Assembly: GCA_021852345.1 (NCBI GenBank)
Contig: JAJZNL010000055.1
Location: forward strand, 29,070-93,069
Direction: 5' to 3'
Source of the DNA: Actinomycetes bacterium
GTDB taxonomy: Bacteria; Actinomycetota; Acidimicrobiia; Acidimicrobiales; JABEUL01
DNA: 64,000 bases
In this document: positions 50,142 to 59,693 of the stretch, one piece after another
Layout: each line of letters opens with the position of its first letter
Numbering within the stretch: position 1 is the first letter of the stretch
Translations under genes and position numbers: made by a program
The notes under the pieces: generated by a model
The model's input: only the letters and a program-made list of their open reading frames with translations
Told to the model about the DNA's origin: nothing
Database searches by the model: none

Positions 50142-51434
50142 ATGACAGATTCGAACTTTTCAAACAATGCCTGGTACGAAAGGGCAAAAAAATCATTAGT
50201 GGGCGGAGTGTCTTCGCCAGTCAGATCCTTCAACGCAGTCGGCGGGACACCGTTAACAATAACCGAAGGTAACGGGGCACACATTAAAGATGTGGAAGGG
50301 CGCACCTATTTGGATTACGTCCAATCCTATGGAGCTTCAATTCTGGGGCATGCACACCCCAAGGTGGTTGAAGCTATTCAACAAGCTGCCAGCAAGGGAA
50401 CAACTTTCGGGGCGACAACTCCAGGAGAAATAGAATTAGCCGAAAGAATTAAAGACCGCGTAAAAGGGTTAGAGCTGATTCGATTCGTAAGTTCGGGGAC
50501 CGAAGCGACAATGTCGGCGATCAGAACCGCGCGCGGGGCAACCGGAAAATCAAAGATTATTATTTTTTCAGGGTGTTATCACGGTCATTCGGACTTTTTG
50601 CTGGCCAGCGGCGGATCGGGAATTGCCTCTTTGGCCATACCGTCGACTAAGGGCGTGCCAGCATCTTATACTCAGCACACCGTAATTGCCAACTACAACG
50701 AGATCCCCATAATCGATAACGACACCGCTGCGGTTATCGTGGAACCTGTAGCAGCGAACATGGGTCTAGTTGAGCCACAACCGGGATTTTTGTTGGAACT
50801 CAGAAAGGTCTGCGATAACGTCGGTGCCCTGCTTATCTTTGACGAAGTAATTACGGGGTTCAGAGTAAACAAAGGCGGCGCGAGCACCTTATACGGAGTT
50901 CGACCCGATTTATGGTGCTTCGGAAAAATAATCGGAGGTGGACTTCCCCTGGCGGCATTTGGAGGAAGAGCTGACGTTATGGAGGAATTAGCGCCGGTAG
51001 GCAAAGTATATCAAGCAGGCACTCTTTCAGGCAACCCCGTGGCAACCGCCGCCGGAAGCGCCGTCCTAGATTTATTGAACGACGAAAGTTACGAGAGTTT
51101 AAAATCCAAAGCTACCAAATTGTCATCGGGGTTGAGACAAGTCATTGGACAAAGAGGAATTGCGGCAAGTATTACCCAAGTCGAAACACTTTTAGGTATA
51201 CACTTCAGTGGCAATCCCGTTAAAAATTTTGAAGAGGCTCAAAAAGCGGCCAACAACGGTAAATATAAGCAATTTTTCCATGAAATGCTTAAAGACTTCA
51301 TATCGTTTGCTCCAGGACCATACGAGTCTATTTTTATTTCACTTGCTCACAGTGACTCAGACCTAAATAAAACAGTCGAAGCCGCAGATGCCACCGCATT
51401 TAAGATGTCAAAGACCGAATTTTTAACTTATTAG
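50142..51434 (+). CDS. hemL: Glutamate-1-semialdehyde 2,1-aminomutase
   Basis: GGVSSPVRSF and FGKIIGGGLP (PLP lysine) motifs. Confidence 0.95.
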   Translation: MTDSNFSNNAWYERAKKSLVGGVSSPVRSFNAVGGTPLTITEGNGAHIKDVEGRTYLDYVQSYGASILGHAHPKVVEAIQQAASKGTTFGATTPGEIELAERIKDRVKGLELIRFVSSGTEATMSAIRTARGATGKSKIIIFSGCYHGHSDFLLASGGSGIASLAIPSTKGVPASYTQHTVIANYNEIPIIDNDTAAVIVEPVAANMGLVEPQPGFLLELRKVCDNVGALLIFDEVITGFRVNKGGASTLYGVRPDLWCFGKIIGGGLPLAAFGGRADVMEELAPVGKVYQAGTLSGNPVATAAGSAVLDLLNDESYESLKSKATKLSSGLRQVIGQRGIAASITQVETLLGIHFSGNPVKNFEEAQKAANNGKYKQFFHEMLKDFISFAPGPYESIFISLAHSDSDLNKTVEAADATAFKMSKTEFLTY

Positions 51435-52749
51435 AAGAATCCGTAAGTGTACTTGGCAAGCCGGGTTTAAAAATTCTAGCGGCATGTTCGGCCGAAGACA
51501 AAATATACTCTGCGATCCCCTTGTCTTCTTCGCGAACCAAGTTGGCCATAATCCTCAGCACCCATTCCATAATTGTTTTAGAGCGCATCCCGTTGGATAT
51601 CAAAAATTTTAAAAGCTTAGGATGGGATATGGCTTCTACAAATATGGAAGCAACGCGATAATAATCCCGATAATTTGATTCCAAAATTTGATCATATTTT
51701 TTGAGTATAGAAATAAGTTGAGATTCGCTAACCTCATCATAGAGCCTCAAGGCTTCATCGACCACTCCCGAAGCCAGCCTCCCGGTTTCATAGCCGTATG
51801 CAATCCCTTCACCGTTGAAGGGATTGATGGATCCGCTTGCGTCTCCCACTGCAATCCAACCGTTACCAACTCTCGGTCCGAGTGAAAATCCCATTGGCAA
51901 TTTACCACCTGTGGGAGCTGCAATAGAAGCGTCCGTGGACAACTCCCAAGACGGACCGATTTGCGATACAAAAGCATCCATCAACTTATTTGTGTTATAC
52001 CCCTTCCATCGGTTTGAAGTATTTAACAATCCAGCTCCTACGTTCACACGGCCGTCACCCAAGGGAAATATCCAACCATAGCCCGGCATTACCGATCCGT
52101 CCAAATCCCTTATATCCAAATGAGATTCAATGAACGAGTCATTGTGCCTTGGAGAATAAAAATAACCTCTGATTGCCAGTCCAAGCGGATAGTTTTTGTC
52201 TCGTTCAATTCCAATGGATCTTCCGATTCTAGAATTAGCACCGTCGGCGACTATTATTAATTTCGAATATATCTCCTGCTTGTTGCCATATGCGTCAACT
52301 GCGACAACACCGATTGCTTTGTCGGTATCTTCATCAAAAATTATCGTCTCAGCTGTTACTTTCTGTCTAAGTTCGGCGCCGTGTTTCACGGCTTGATTTG
52401 CAACCAGCTGGTCAAGATCATAGCGAGTAACGCAATATCCGACCGTACCCAATCCATCTCCCTTAGGCCACCTAAGTTCCAGCTGCTTACCGAAGGCAAC
52501 TGCACGCAACCCTTCATAGCTATGATGCTCTCTTAGAGAGTTCGTCAGACCCATATCTTCAAGTTGTTTGACCGATCTCGGAGTAAGTCCGTCCCCGCAA
52601 GTTTTTTCCCTAGGGAATTGTTTTTTTTCTAAAACGACAACATCCCAACCCGATTTTGCCAACCAAAATGCACAAGAGCTCCCGGAAGGACCCGCACCAA
52701 TAATTATTACGTCACGACCGGAATTGTTAAGATCTGAAATATTTGACAT
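51400..52749 (-). CDS. Geranylgeranyl reductase-family FAD-dependent oxidoreductase
   Basis: DVIIIGAGPSGSSCAFWLAKSG dinucleotide-binding motif, LIIVADGANSRIG, and AVGDASGSINPFNGEGI. The 3' end overlaps hemL by 35 nt. Confidence 0.85.
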   Translation of the reverse strand: MSNISDLNNSGRDVIIIGAGPSGSSCAFWLAKSGWDVVVLEKKQFPREKTCGDGLTPRSVKQLEDMGLTNSLREHHSYEGLRAVAFGKQLELRWPKGDGLGTVGYCVTRYDLDQLVANQAVKHGAELRQKVTAETIIFDEDTDKAIGVVAVDAYGNKQEIYSKLIIVADGANSRIGRSIGIERDKNYPLGLAIRGYFYSPRHNDSFIESHLDIRDLDGSVMPGYGWIFPLGDGRVNVGAGLLNTSNRWKGYNTNKLMDAFVSQIGPSWELSTDASIAAPTGGKLPMGFSLGPRVGNGWIAVGDASGSINPFNGEGIAYGYETGRLASGVVDEALRLYDEVSESQLISILKKYDQILESNYRDYYRVASIFVEAISHPKLLKFLISNGMRSKTIMEWVLRIMANLVREEDKGIAEYILSSAEHAARIFKPGLPSTLTDSSNKLKIRSLTS

Positions 52750-53089
52750 TATTAAATTTGTTTCGTTTTTAAAGAGTTTACAGATTTAAGTTTAGTCTGA
52801 GACAACTTGATGTCCATTTACTTTAAACCCAAATATTAATTTAAAATCCACGCATTACGAATAAATCAGCTGTATTTAATCCATGAAGCCTGACTTTTTC
52901 GGGACCAACAAAACTCTAAACCGAGCCAATATAGGTTATGGGGTCTCAACGCAGACGATAAGCACACAAACATCATAATTTGCAAAAGCACAAAAGTATT
53001 TGGCAAATAAATCAAAACCTTTTACTAATGAGCTCAACGTGGGGGACCTCATTCACCCCAAAGACAAAGCCAATTTTGTGCACAGTAGA

Positions 53090-53126
53090 GTTATAGTAAA
53101 GAGGGTTATAGTAAAGTTATAGAAAC
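53090..53126. repeat. Direct repeats GTTATAGTAAAG x2 plus a partial third copy (15 bp period)
   Basis: Read directly at 53090-53101, 53105-53116 and 53116-53126. ATTTACTG also occurs twice, at 53142 and 53162. Confidence 0.6.
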
Positions 53127-53236
53127 TTTGTAGGCTCAGGAATTTACTGATACTGACTGCGATTTACTGCCACCTATTAAAAATAATTTAAATTTGTTTT
53201 TTCTTGGTCAATTATTCTTTGATCGACTATTCCTTA

Positions 53237-53277
53237 TTGAAGTATTCACTGTGAATTATCCACAGTGAATACTTCAA
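53237..53277 (-). terminator. 17 bp perfect stem / 7 nt loop hairpin directly downstream of hemD
   Basis: TTGAAGTATTCACTGTG-aattatc-CACAGTGAATACTTCAA, 17 nt after the hemD stop codon. No U-tract on the minus strand, so it would be an I-shaped terminator if functional. Confidence 0.45.
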
Positions 53278-53293
53278 ATGTCATTTATAATGT

Positions 53294-54040
53294 TTACACG
53301 TCAAGCAATTCGGTCACCCTATCTGCGAAAGAATCGGGCGATATCGTCTCGGTCATATTGGGCTTCTTAAATTTGTGAAATTGCAACTGTTCGTATGTAG
53401 TGGGACCTATGGCAAGGGCATCTTTATCCAATATGGTTTGGCCGAGCTGTTCCACAGCCGAGACCACAGCCGAAGGTGAAAAGAAACAGACCAAACGAGC
53501 CTCGGCGACTTCCATTAACTCTTCGGGTAATACTGTTCTATTGACCGGCTCGTAAATATTAAATCTCACAACGTGACAGTTGTGTTTGCTGAGCCCTAGC
53601 GACAAATTATCATCTGACAATTTCGAACAGGGCAACAAAACATTTTTACCGTTTAAATCACAGAAGTTGCTCAGTTCGATCATTAAAGATGCGCCAGAGT
53701 TTCCCTTAGACTCATAGAAGACACTGGAATTATATTTTCTTACAACTTCACTTGTCGCTGGGCCGATTGTGACTATTTTAGGTGAGACTGAAAACAACTC
53801 CTCTTTGCAATTACCCAAGGTAATGTCTGCTGCATTCTTGGAGGTGAAAATAACAAAGTCAATTTTTGACTCCGTACCCGATAGCGTCGCTTCAAGGTAC
53901 TCAGTCATAGAACCAATTGCACCGTCGTTCGAACTAATTTTAATAAAAGGTATATTTTTTACCGAATAACCGTGATTTAATATGATTTCAGCATATTCAC
54001 TGTGTTCATATTTGGGTCTGGTTAAAATAACGTCTGTCAT
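53294..54040 (-). CDS. hemD: Uroporphyrinogen-III synthase
   Basis: VILTRP and VIFTSKNAA motifs typical of HemD, 248 aa, haem-cluster context. This family is poorly conserved, so the call is partly contextual. Confidence 0.7.
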   Translation of the reverse strand: MTDVILTRPKYEHSEYAEIILNHGYSVKNIPFIKISSNDGAIGSMTEYLEATLSGTESKIDFVIFTSKNAADITLGNCKEELFSVSPKIVTIGPATSEVVRKYNSSVFYESKGNSGASLMIELSNFCDLNGKNVLLPCSKLSDDNLSLGLSKHNCHVVRFNIYEPVNRTVLPEELMEVAEARLVCFFSPSAVVSAVEQLGQTILDKDALAIGPTTYEQLQFHKFKKPNMTETISPDSFADRVTELLDV

Positions 54041-54166
54041 ATGTTTCTAAACCACGATTTATTATGTCTAAGTAGCATCATCTCTTCAAGCAAAACGGTA
54101 TATCTTATCTGCCAACAACATGTCAATTTACCTATGTAGCTTACTTAAGCTCAACCATCAAAATGT

Positions 54167-54886
54167 TTAGAACAAAAGTTCAAAGTCGGCAACCTGCCCT
54201 ATAACTATTATCGCTGGCGGCTTTAATTCGACTGTGCCCAATTGCGAAAGCTTGATCCTGTTCACTTCCTGTTTATCGTAACTTGCCCACCTAATTAAAG
54301 CAACCGGAGTATCTTCACTCAATCCATTTTGCATCAACTTTTCGGCAATGTCGCTTTTATTCATAACTCCCATCAGTACGACTATCGTAGATTTAAGCTC
54401 AGCCAATGCCTTGTAGTTCAAAACCTCTGTTTCGGCCGTAAAGCCTGTTACCACTACAAATGCGGCAGAAGTCCCCCTGTGTGTAAGAGGTATTCCAGCC
54501 AACAGAGGACCCGAAGTTGCCGAAGTAATTCCGGGCACAACTTCGAATCTAATCCCGTGTTTAATTAATTCAAGTGCTTCTTCTCCACCACGACCGAATA
54601 TGAACGGATCTCCGCCTTTGAGCCTAACCACCTTTTTGTGTCTAGCCGCTAAGTCAACCAATATGCTGTTTATCTGTTCTTGATCGATATCGCCGCCAGG
54701 AGATTTGCCTACATCAATTAATTCACAATCTTTTTTGCTTAAATCCAAAAGCGTTTTATCCACCAAACGATCGTAAACAATGGCATCAGCTAAAGAAATG
54801 AGTTTTTGCCCTTTAACTGAAATGAGTTCGGGGTCACCCGGGCCTGCTCCAACTAAGTAAACAGTAGCGTCTGTTGATACGGTCAA
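54167..54886 (-). CDS. cobA: Uroporphyrinogen-III C-methyltransferase (SUMT)
   Basis: VYLVGAGPGDPELISVKG and VVRLKGGDPFIFGRGGEE motifs. TTG start. Confidence 0.9.
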   Translation of the reverse strand: MTVSTDATVYLVGAGPGDPELISVKGQKLISLADAIVYDRLVDKTLLDLSKKDCELIDVGKSPGGDIDQEQINSILVDLAARHKKVVRLKGGDPFIFGRGGEEALELIKHGIRFEVVPGITSATSGPLLAGIPLTHRGTSAAFVVVTGFTAETEVLNYKALAELKSTIVVLMGVMNKSDIAEKLMQNGLSEDTPVALIRWASYDKQEVNRIKLSQLGTVELKPPAIIVIGQVADFELLF

Positions 54887-55067
54887 TTTATCTTCACCCT
54901 TTTATACTTCATGGAGCCCTTCACACTACAATTATTTAATTAATAAGCAACACGAATTAAAACTATCACTATGGTTATAATTCAATATTTTAATTTTAGT
55001 GTCGGCAATAAAGTTTTATTTTAATCAATACCGCAACAAACACGAAAAAACTAGCATTGTTCTTTCA

Positions 55068-55109
55068 CTGGAACTATTCCACTGGAGCTATTTCACAGGA
55101 GCTATTTCA
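55068..55109. repeat. 14 bp x3 tandem repeat (CTGGAGCTATTTCA-like) spanning the dedA stop codon
   Basis: ctggaactattcca, ctggagctatttca and caggagctatttca read directly. Confidence 0.7.
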
Positions 55110-55758
55110 AAAGTTCGATTGGACCCGGATACATCTCTTCGGCTTTTCGAATTAATCTTTTTTCATTTTTTTTCAATAAAATGAATCCAACTACTATGAC
55201 TATTAATGCTACCGGTATGGCAACATAGGTGACGATACTGGAATAGTGCTTAATAGTATTCCCCAGGGAATAAGATCCGAAACCATAAAACGATGACCAT
55301 GCAATTGCCCCTATCAAATCTGCAATTAAGAACTTCCACCTGGGCATTCTTGTTATTCCAGCCAATAATCCAAGCAAAGATCTGAAAACAGTCACAAACC
55401 TGCCCAGTAAAACTATCCATAAGCCCATCTTGGCAAAGGCATAGTGCCCAACCTTAATTCTTTCATAGGTTAAACCTATTTTTTTGCCCTTATTAATAAT
55501 CAAGGTAAACCCACCAAAGTATCCTATTAAGTATCCCGTAAAGGATCCTAAAAATCCGCCCAATACCGCTGCAATTACTAAAACAACAGGGGATGCGGAA
55601 TGATTTTGGGCTGCATAGATTCCCGCAGATATTAAGGTAATTTCTCCGGGAATAGGCAATGCCATAGATTCCAAAAACACTAACCCGAATACTCCGATAT
55701 AACTACCCTGAGCCAAAAATCCGCTGGCTAAAAACACGGATGAAAGCGTACTAAGCAT
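55102..55758 (-). CDS. DedA-family membrane protein
   Basis: VFLESMALPIPGE motif and 218 aa polytopic profile. Confidence 0.85.
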   Translation of the reverse strand: MLSTLSSVFLASGFLAQGSYIGVFGLVFLESMALPIPGEITLISAGIYAAQNHSASPVVLVIAAVLGGFLGSFTGYLIGYFGGFTLIINKGKKIGLTYERIKVGHYAFAKMGLWIVLLGRFVTVFRSLLGLLAGITRMPRWKFLIADLIGAIAWSSFYGFGSYSLGNTIKHYSSIVTYVAIPVALIVIVVGFILLKKNEKRLIRKAEEMYPGPIELLK

Positions 55759-55838
55759 GCAAATATCTTAACAACAATAACTACGGAGGTAACTTCTAGT
55801 ACTAAAGCCAATATTAAGGTGTTTGATTTGCCAAAATT

Positions 55839-56783
55839 TTAATCAGGAATCGTCCCGAGAAGGCCTTTACGATAGTCTTGAAATGCCTGTTGAATCTGGG
55901 CTTTATTGTTCATAACAAAGGGGCCATAGGCGACAACGGGTTCTTTTATAGGCAAACCTCCCAAGATCAAAATATCGAAATTAGTGTTTGATTCGGAATT
56001 AAAAATCTCAAAATAGTCACCCCTATCCCACACCGCCAGTTGATGTGCCGACAGCAGATCTTTTTCAGAGCCCAATAGGCCGGAGCCGGATAATGCGTAG
56101 ACCAACAAATTATATTCTTTTTTCCAAGCCAACTTTACGTGAGCTCCCGGCAACAAGGTGGCATGGACCATTGAGATTGGACTGTACGTTGTACCAGGTC
56201 CCTTAATTTCGCCCAAATCACCTGCAATTATTCTAAATAACGCATCCTTATCTTTATTAGATGCCAATCCTACGTTATCCGCACGCAAGTCTTGATACTT
56301 TGATTGCACCATTTTTTTTGAGCTTTCAAGGTTAACCCAAAGTTGTATTCCGTGAAACAGGCCTCCCTTAATGACAAGAGATTCTGGAGGCCTCTCTATA
56401 TGCAGTATCCCGCTACCTGCAGTCATCCATTGAGTATCTCCGTTTGAAATTACCCCTCCTCCGCCATTTGAATCATTATGAACAAAGACCCCGTCAATCA
56501 TATATGTAACAGTCTCAAATCCACGATGTGGATGCCATGGAGTGCCCTTGGGTTCATACGGGGCGTAATTTACCTCTCCCATCTGGTCCATGTGTACAAA
56601 CGGATCCAGATCCGCCAAATCTACTTGAGCAAATGCACGATAGACAGGGAACCCTTCTCCCTCCAACCCCTTGGGGGCGGTTGTGATCTTTTTAACCTTT
56701 CTGGCTATTTTATCCGTTGACAAATTCAGACTTAAATCTGCCAACGGTAATTCTACATAACTTTCTAAATCTAATGCGGGCAT
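55839..56783 (-). CDS. Pirin-family cupin protein
   Basis: HPHRGFETVTY motif. ATG at 56783 is preceded by GGAGGGA; the track TTG at 56798 overlaps that RBS. Confidence 0.9.
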   Translation of the reverse strand: MPALDLESYVELPLADLSLNLSTDKIARKVKKITTAPKGLEGEGFPVYRAFAQVDLADLDPFVHMDQMGEVNYAPYEPKGTPWHPHRGFETVTYMIDGVFVHNDSNGGGGVISNGDTQWMTAGSGILHIERPPESLVIKGGLFHGIQLWVNLESSKKMVQSKYQDLRADNVGLASNKDKDALFRIIAGDLGEIKGPGTTYSPISMVHATLLPGAHVKLAWKKEYNLLVYALSGSGLLGSEKDLLSAHQLAVWDRGDYFEIFNSESNTNFDILILGGLPIKEPVVAYGPFVMNNKAQIQQAFQDYRKGLLGTIPD

Positions 56784-56972
56784 CGAACTTCCCTCCAATT
56801 CCGTTGCAATTTCCTAACAACCATATTCAACATCACCAAAACTTAATTATTCCCAGAATCCTGATCTACAATTTCAAATACAGTGACCTGTTATAATCGG
56901 CAAGTCAGAGCGACTTTAATTGGGCTAGATGTGCCACATAGATTTAGAACTTAGCTCTGCAAATCACCAATA

Positions 56973-57872
56973 TTAAAGAATGCTAAAACTTTTTGCTTGT
57001 TGAATTAGTTCTTTGGCGCAATCGGCACCAAAGACGGTTAAATTTTTCGATCCGGATATTTCAAATACCTTTTTTATAAATTTTTTGGTTTGCGCATTAC
57101 CCAGCATTACTTCAAAACTTAAACTGTCTTGGCCCTGATTATATTTCACCAACCCACCTACAGGCCATGTGCAATCAGAGCCGATTGCATTCAAAAAAGC
57201 CCGTTCGACCTCCATTGCCTCAGATACTTCTACGTTATTAATTTGAGAAACAACCTCTATAATTTCACTGTTGTCGGAACTTACTTCAACAGCAATAGCC
57301 CCCTGCCCAATCTGCGGCAACATTATATCTGTCGACAAAATTTCGCAATTTTCTAAATTAATCCCGAGCCTATCAAGTGCAGCTTTGGCAACAACTATTG
57401 AACCGTTGTTTGGAATTTTATTTAATCTCGTTTGTATATTCCCGCGCAGTTCTTCAAAACACAAGCCGTCTTTCAGATGAGACAATTGCAACACCCGTCT
57501 AGCCGAACCTGTCCTTACAACATCGCCATTTTCGAGGTCTGAAATAGATTTGCCAACCAACACGTCACGAACATCTGCCCTAATTGGATAAGCTGCGATT
57601 ACTAATTGTTCTACGTTGCCAGAGGGAATATCTTTGGCACTGTGAACAGCAATATCCACTCTTTTGTCGACTACGGCTTCTCTGATAGCCGTAACAAATA
57701 TTCCCTGCCCGCCAATTTTAAAGAGGGAACTTGACTGATCTATGTCCCCCGTAGAATCAATTCCCACCAATTCGCACCTTATTGAAGAATCAAGATTTTC
57801 CAAAAGATCGGCCACAAATTGTGCCTGATACAGTGCCAACGGACTTTTTCTAGTGCCTATTTTTATATTCAT
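56973..57872 (-). CDS. hemC: Hydroxymethylbilane synthase (porphobilinogen deaminase)
   Basis: KIGTRKSPLALYQA and RGNIQTRL motifs. Confidence 0.93.
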   Translation of the reverse strand: MNIKIGTRKSPLALYQAQFVADLLENLDSSIRCELVGIDSTGDIDQSSSLFKIGGQGIFVTAIREAVVDKRVDIAVHSAKDIPSGNVEQLVIAAYPIRADVRDVLVGKSISDLENGDVVRTGSARRVLQLSHLKDGLCFEELRGNIQTRLNKIPNNGSIVVAKAALDRLGINLENCEILSTDIMLPQIGQGAIAVEVSSDNSEIIEVVSQINNVEVSEAMEVERAFLNAIGSDCTWPVGGLVKYNQGQDSLSFEVMLGNAQTKKFIKKVFEISGSKNLTVFGADCAKELIQQAKSFSIL

Positions 57873-57902
57873 AAATACGTGGGATATATGACTGTAGGAC
57901 TT

Positions 57903-59165
57903 TTAATATTCTTCCAGGTTAAATAGATACCTGACCGCTTCAAAAAATCGTTGATCTTTTGATTCACGCAAATTTTCTTTTATTCTGGAAACAGGTAAGT
58001 GGATAACTGAAGCTGTAAGTTGATTCAACAGAACTTCAACCTCATCTTTGCTGAAAGTTGCTTTATCTTTTAGTCGCTTTTTCATAAACTCGCTTTTTAT
58101 AATGTTGAACTGTTCAACTATATCAGAGACCAATGAATCCACCCCTTTAAATTTTAATGCTTCCTTATGCTCTAAAAGCTTTTCATTTATTATCTCTTGA
58201 GCCTGATGCACCGCAAACTGCTTCGCCTCTTTAGTCTTTTCGACAAATCGGGTTATGTCATTAATATCAAATAACGTGACTCCTTTGACGTAAGCTACTT
58301 CAGTTGCAACGTTTCTTGGAACCGATAAATCACTGACGACCATCGGAGTAACTTTAGTTTCCATAGCTTTAGTCATCACAGCTTCACCCAATATAATTTC
58401 GGGGGCAGAAGTTGCTACAAAAAGTACGTCCGAATTAGAAATTACTTTACCTAGGTTTTCGAACTCTTCAAACTTAACTGAAAATTCATCCGCAAGCATC
58501 TTGGCTTTGTCCAAAGTCCTGTTTATCAAAGTAATATCTTTAATCTGATATCGCTGCATAAGAGCTTTAATGACTGTCTTACCCATCTGCCCCGCTCCCA
58601 ATACGGCTACGACTTTAGAAGAAAAGTCCTCGCCGACATGCGAAGACGCGATAGCTACCGATGCATGAGCCATTGAAGTTATCCCCGATGAAAGCTGAGT
58701 GTCTTGACGAACTTGCTTTCCAACCTCGAAAGCCTGTCTAAACAGAAGATTTAGTTGAGGCCCGACACACTTTAATCCTTGAGCAATTGCATAAGCATAT
58801 TTAGCTTGCCCAAGAATCTCTCCTTCACCGACGACAATTGAGTCCAAACCCGAAGTAACTTTAAACAGGTGGAGCACCGCTTGATCCTCCAGGAATACTG
58901 TTCCGCTTCGAGCCAACATCTCTTCGTCGATCTGAGTATGCTTCGACAATACCCTATAGATATTCTCGATTCCGACGTGAAATCTATCCAGCTCGGCATA
59001 AACTTCAGTTCTTAGGCACGTCGACAGGACAACTGCCTCAAAGATCTCAGTTGAAGACAGTAGATCCTCTAAAACAGATCTAACTTTAGTCTCATCTAAA
59101 ATTATTCGTTCCGCTTCAATCTCATTAAGATTTTGCATGCGGTAGCTTATGCACATAACAGACAT
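57903..59165 (-). CDS. hemA: Glutamyl-tRNA reductase
   Basis: STCLRTEVY active-site Cys segment and VLGAGQMGK NADPH motif. Confidence 0.92.
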   Translation of the reverse strand: MSVMCISYRMQNLNEIEAERIILDETKVRSVLEDLLSSTEIFEAVVLSTCLRTEVYAELDRFHVGIENIYRVLSKHTQIDEEMLARSGTVFLEDQAVLHLFKVTSGLDSIVVGEGEILGQAKYAYAIAQGLKCVGPQLNLLFRQAFEVGKQVRQDTQLSSGITSMAHASVAIASSHVGEDFSSKVVAVLGAGQMGKTVIKALMQRYQIKDITLINRTLDKAKMLADEFSVKFEEFENLGKVISNSDVLFVATSAPEIILGEAVMTKAMETKVTPMVVSDLSVPRNVATEVAYVKGVTLFDINDITRFVEKTKEAKQFAVHQAQEIINEKLLEHKEALKFKGVDSLVSDIVEQFNIIKSEFMKKRLKDKATFSKDEVEVLLNQLTASVIHLPVSRIKENLRESKDQRFFEAVRYLFNLEEY

Positions 59166-59522
59166 CTGAGGTTAACTCCAAAAATTTAGTTAACTTAATC
59201 TTAGTTTGCCGATTTGCCAATAATCCATCGCAACAATTTATATGCGAACCTAATTGTCCTTTAGAATGGGACTTGTGCCTTGTCAGCTCGATCGGGGTTA
59301 AAGGTTGTCAAGCCAACTCAACCAACCGTTCGGATTGTGAAAAATAGGTGGACGGCTTAGCTTTAGGCCCAGATTACTCACTCTAAAATGACAGTGGATC
59401 TTGAAACCACTCAGAACTTTGGCATTACAGCTACATATCTTGACCTATACCCTAGTCTAATGTTGTGACCGACCTTTAATTTTAATCAACGTAGATCAAA
59501 TAATCACATTACTAAATATCAA

Positions 59523-59559
59523 TTAAATTGTTAAATTGTTAAATTGTTAAATTGAATTG
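59523..59559. repeat. 8 bp tandem repeat TTAAATTG x4 plus a partial copy
   Basis: Read directly in the 528 bp divergent hemA/desaturase spacer. Confidence 0.8.
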
Positions 59560-59693
59560 TCTACTAAATTTACAGTATTCATGCCGTTTGTATGAACGAC
59601 ATGCAAAATATTAAAATAAAGGATTTGGCGGATTAGTTTAATAAAGTACAAGTCGCACAGCTTCAAACCATTTTGTCTGTTAAAATTTAAGAC

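Noticed and set aside
54887-55101. Cobalamin riboswitch upstream of cobA (SUMT).
   Set aside because: The spacer is AT-rich with no B12-box-like GCCACUG/AGYCMGG element and no GC-rich paired regions on the cobA strand.
54999-55184. 61 aa plus-strand ORF overlapping the dedA 3' end.
   Set aside because: It is largely generated by the 14 bp tandem repeat and antisense dedA sequence. It has no RBS or motif.
59523-59559. Short tandem repeats considered as a possible CRISPR array or mobile-element end. The same question was asked of 55068-55109 and 53090-53126.
   Set aside because: The units are 8-15 bp and contiguous, with no spacers, no ~28-37 bp repeat structure and no cas genes. No transposase or integrase is nearby. 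They are called simple tandem or direct repeats.
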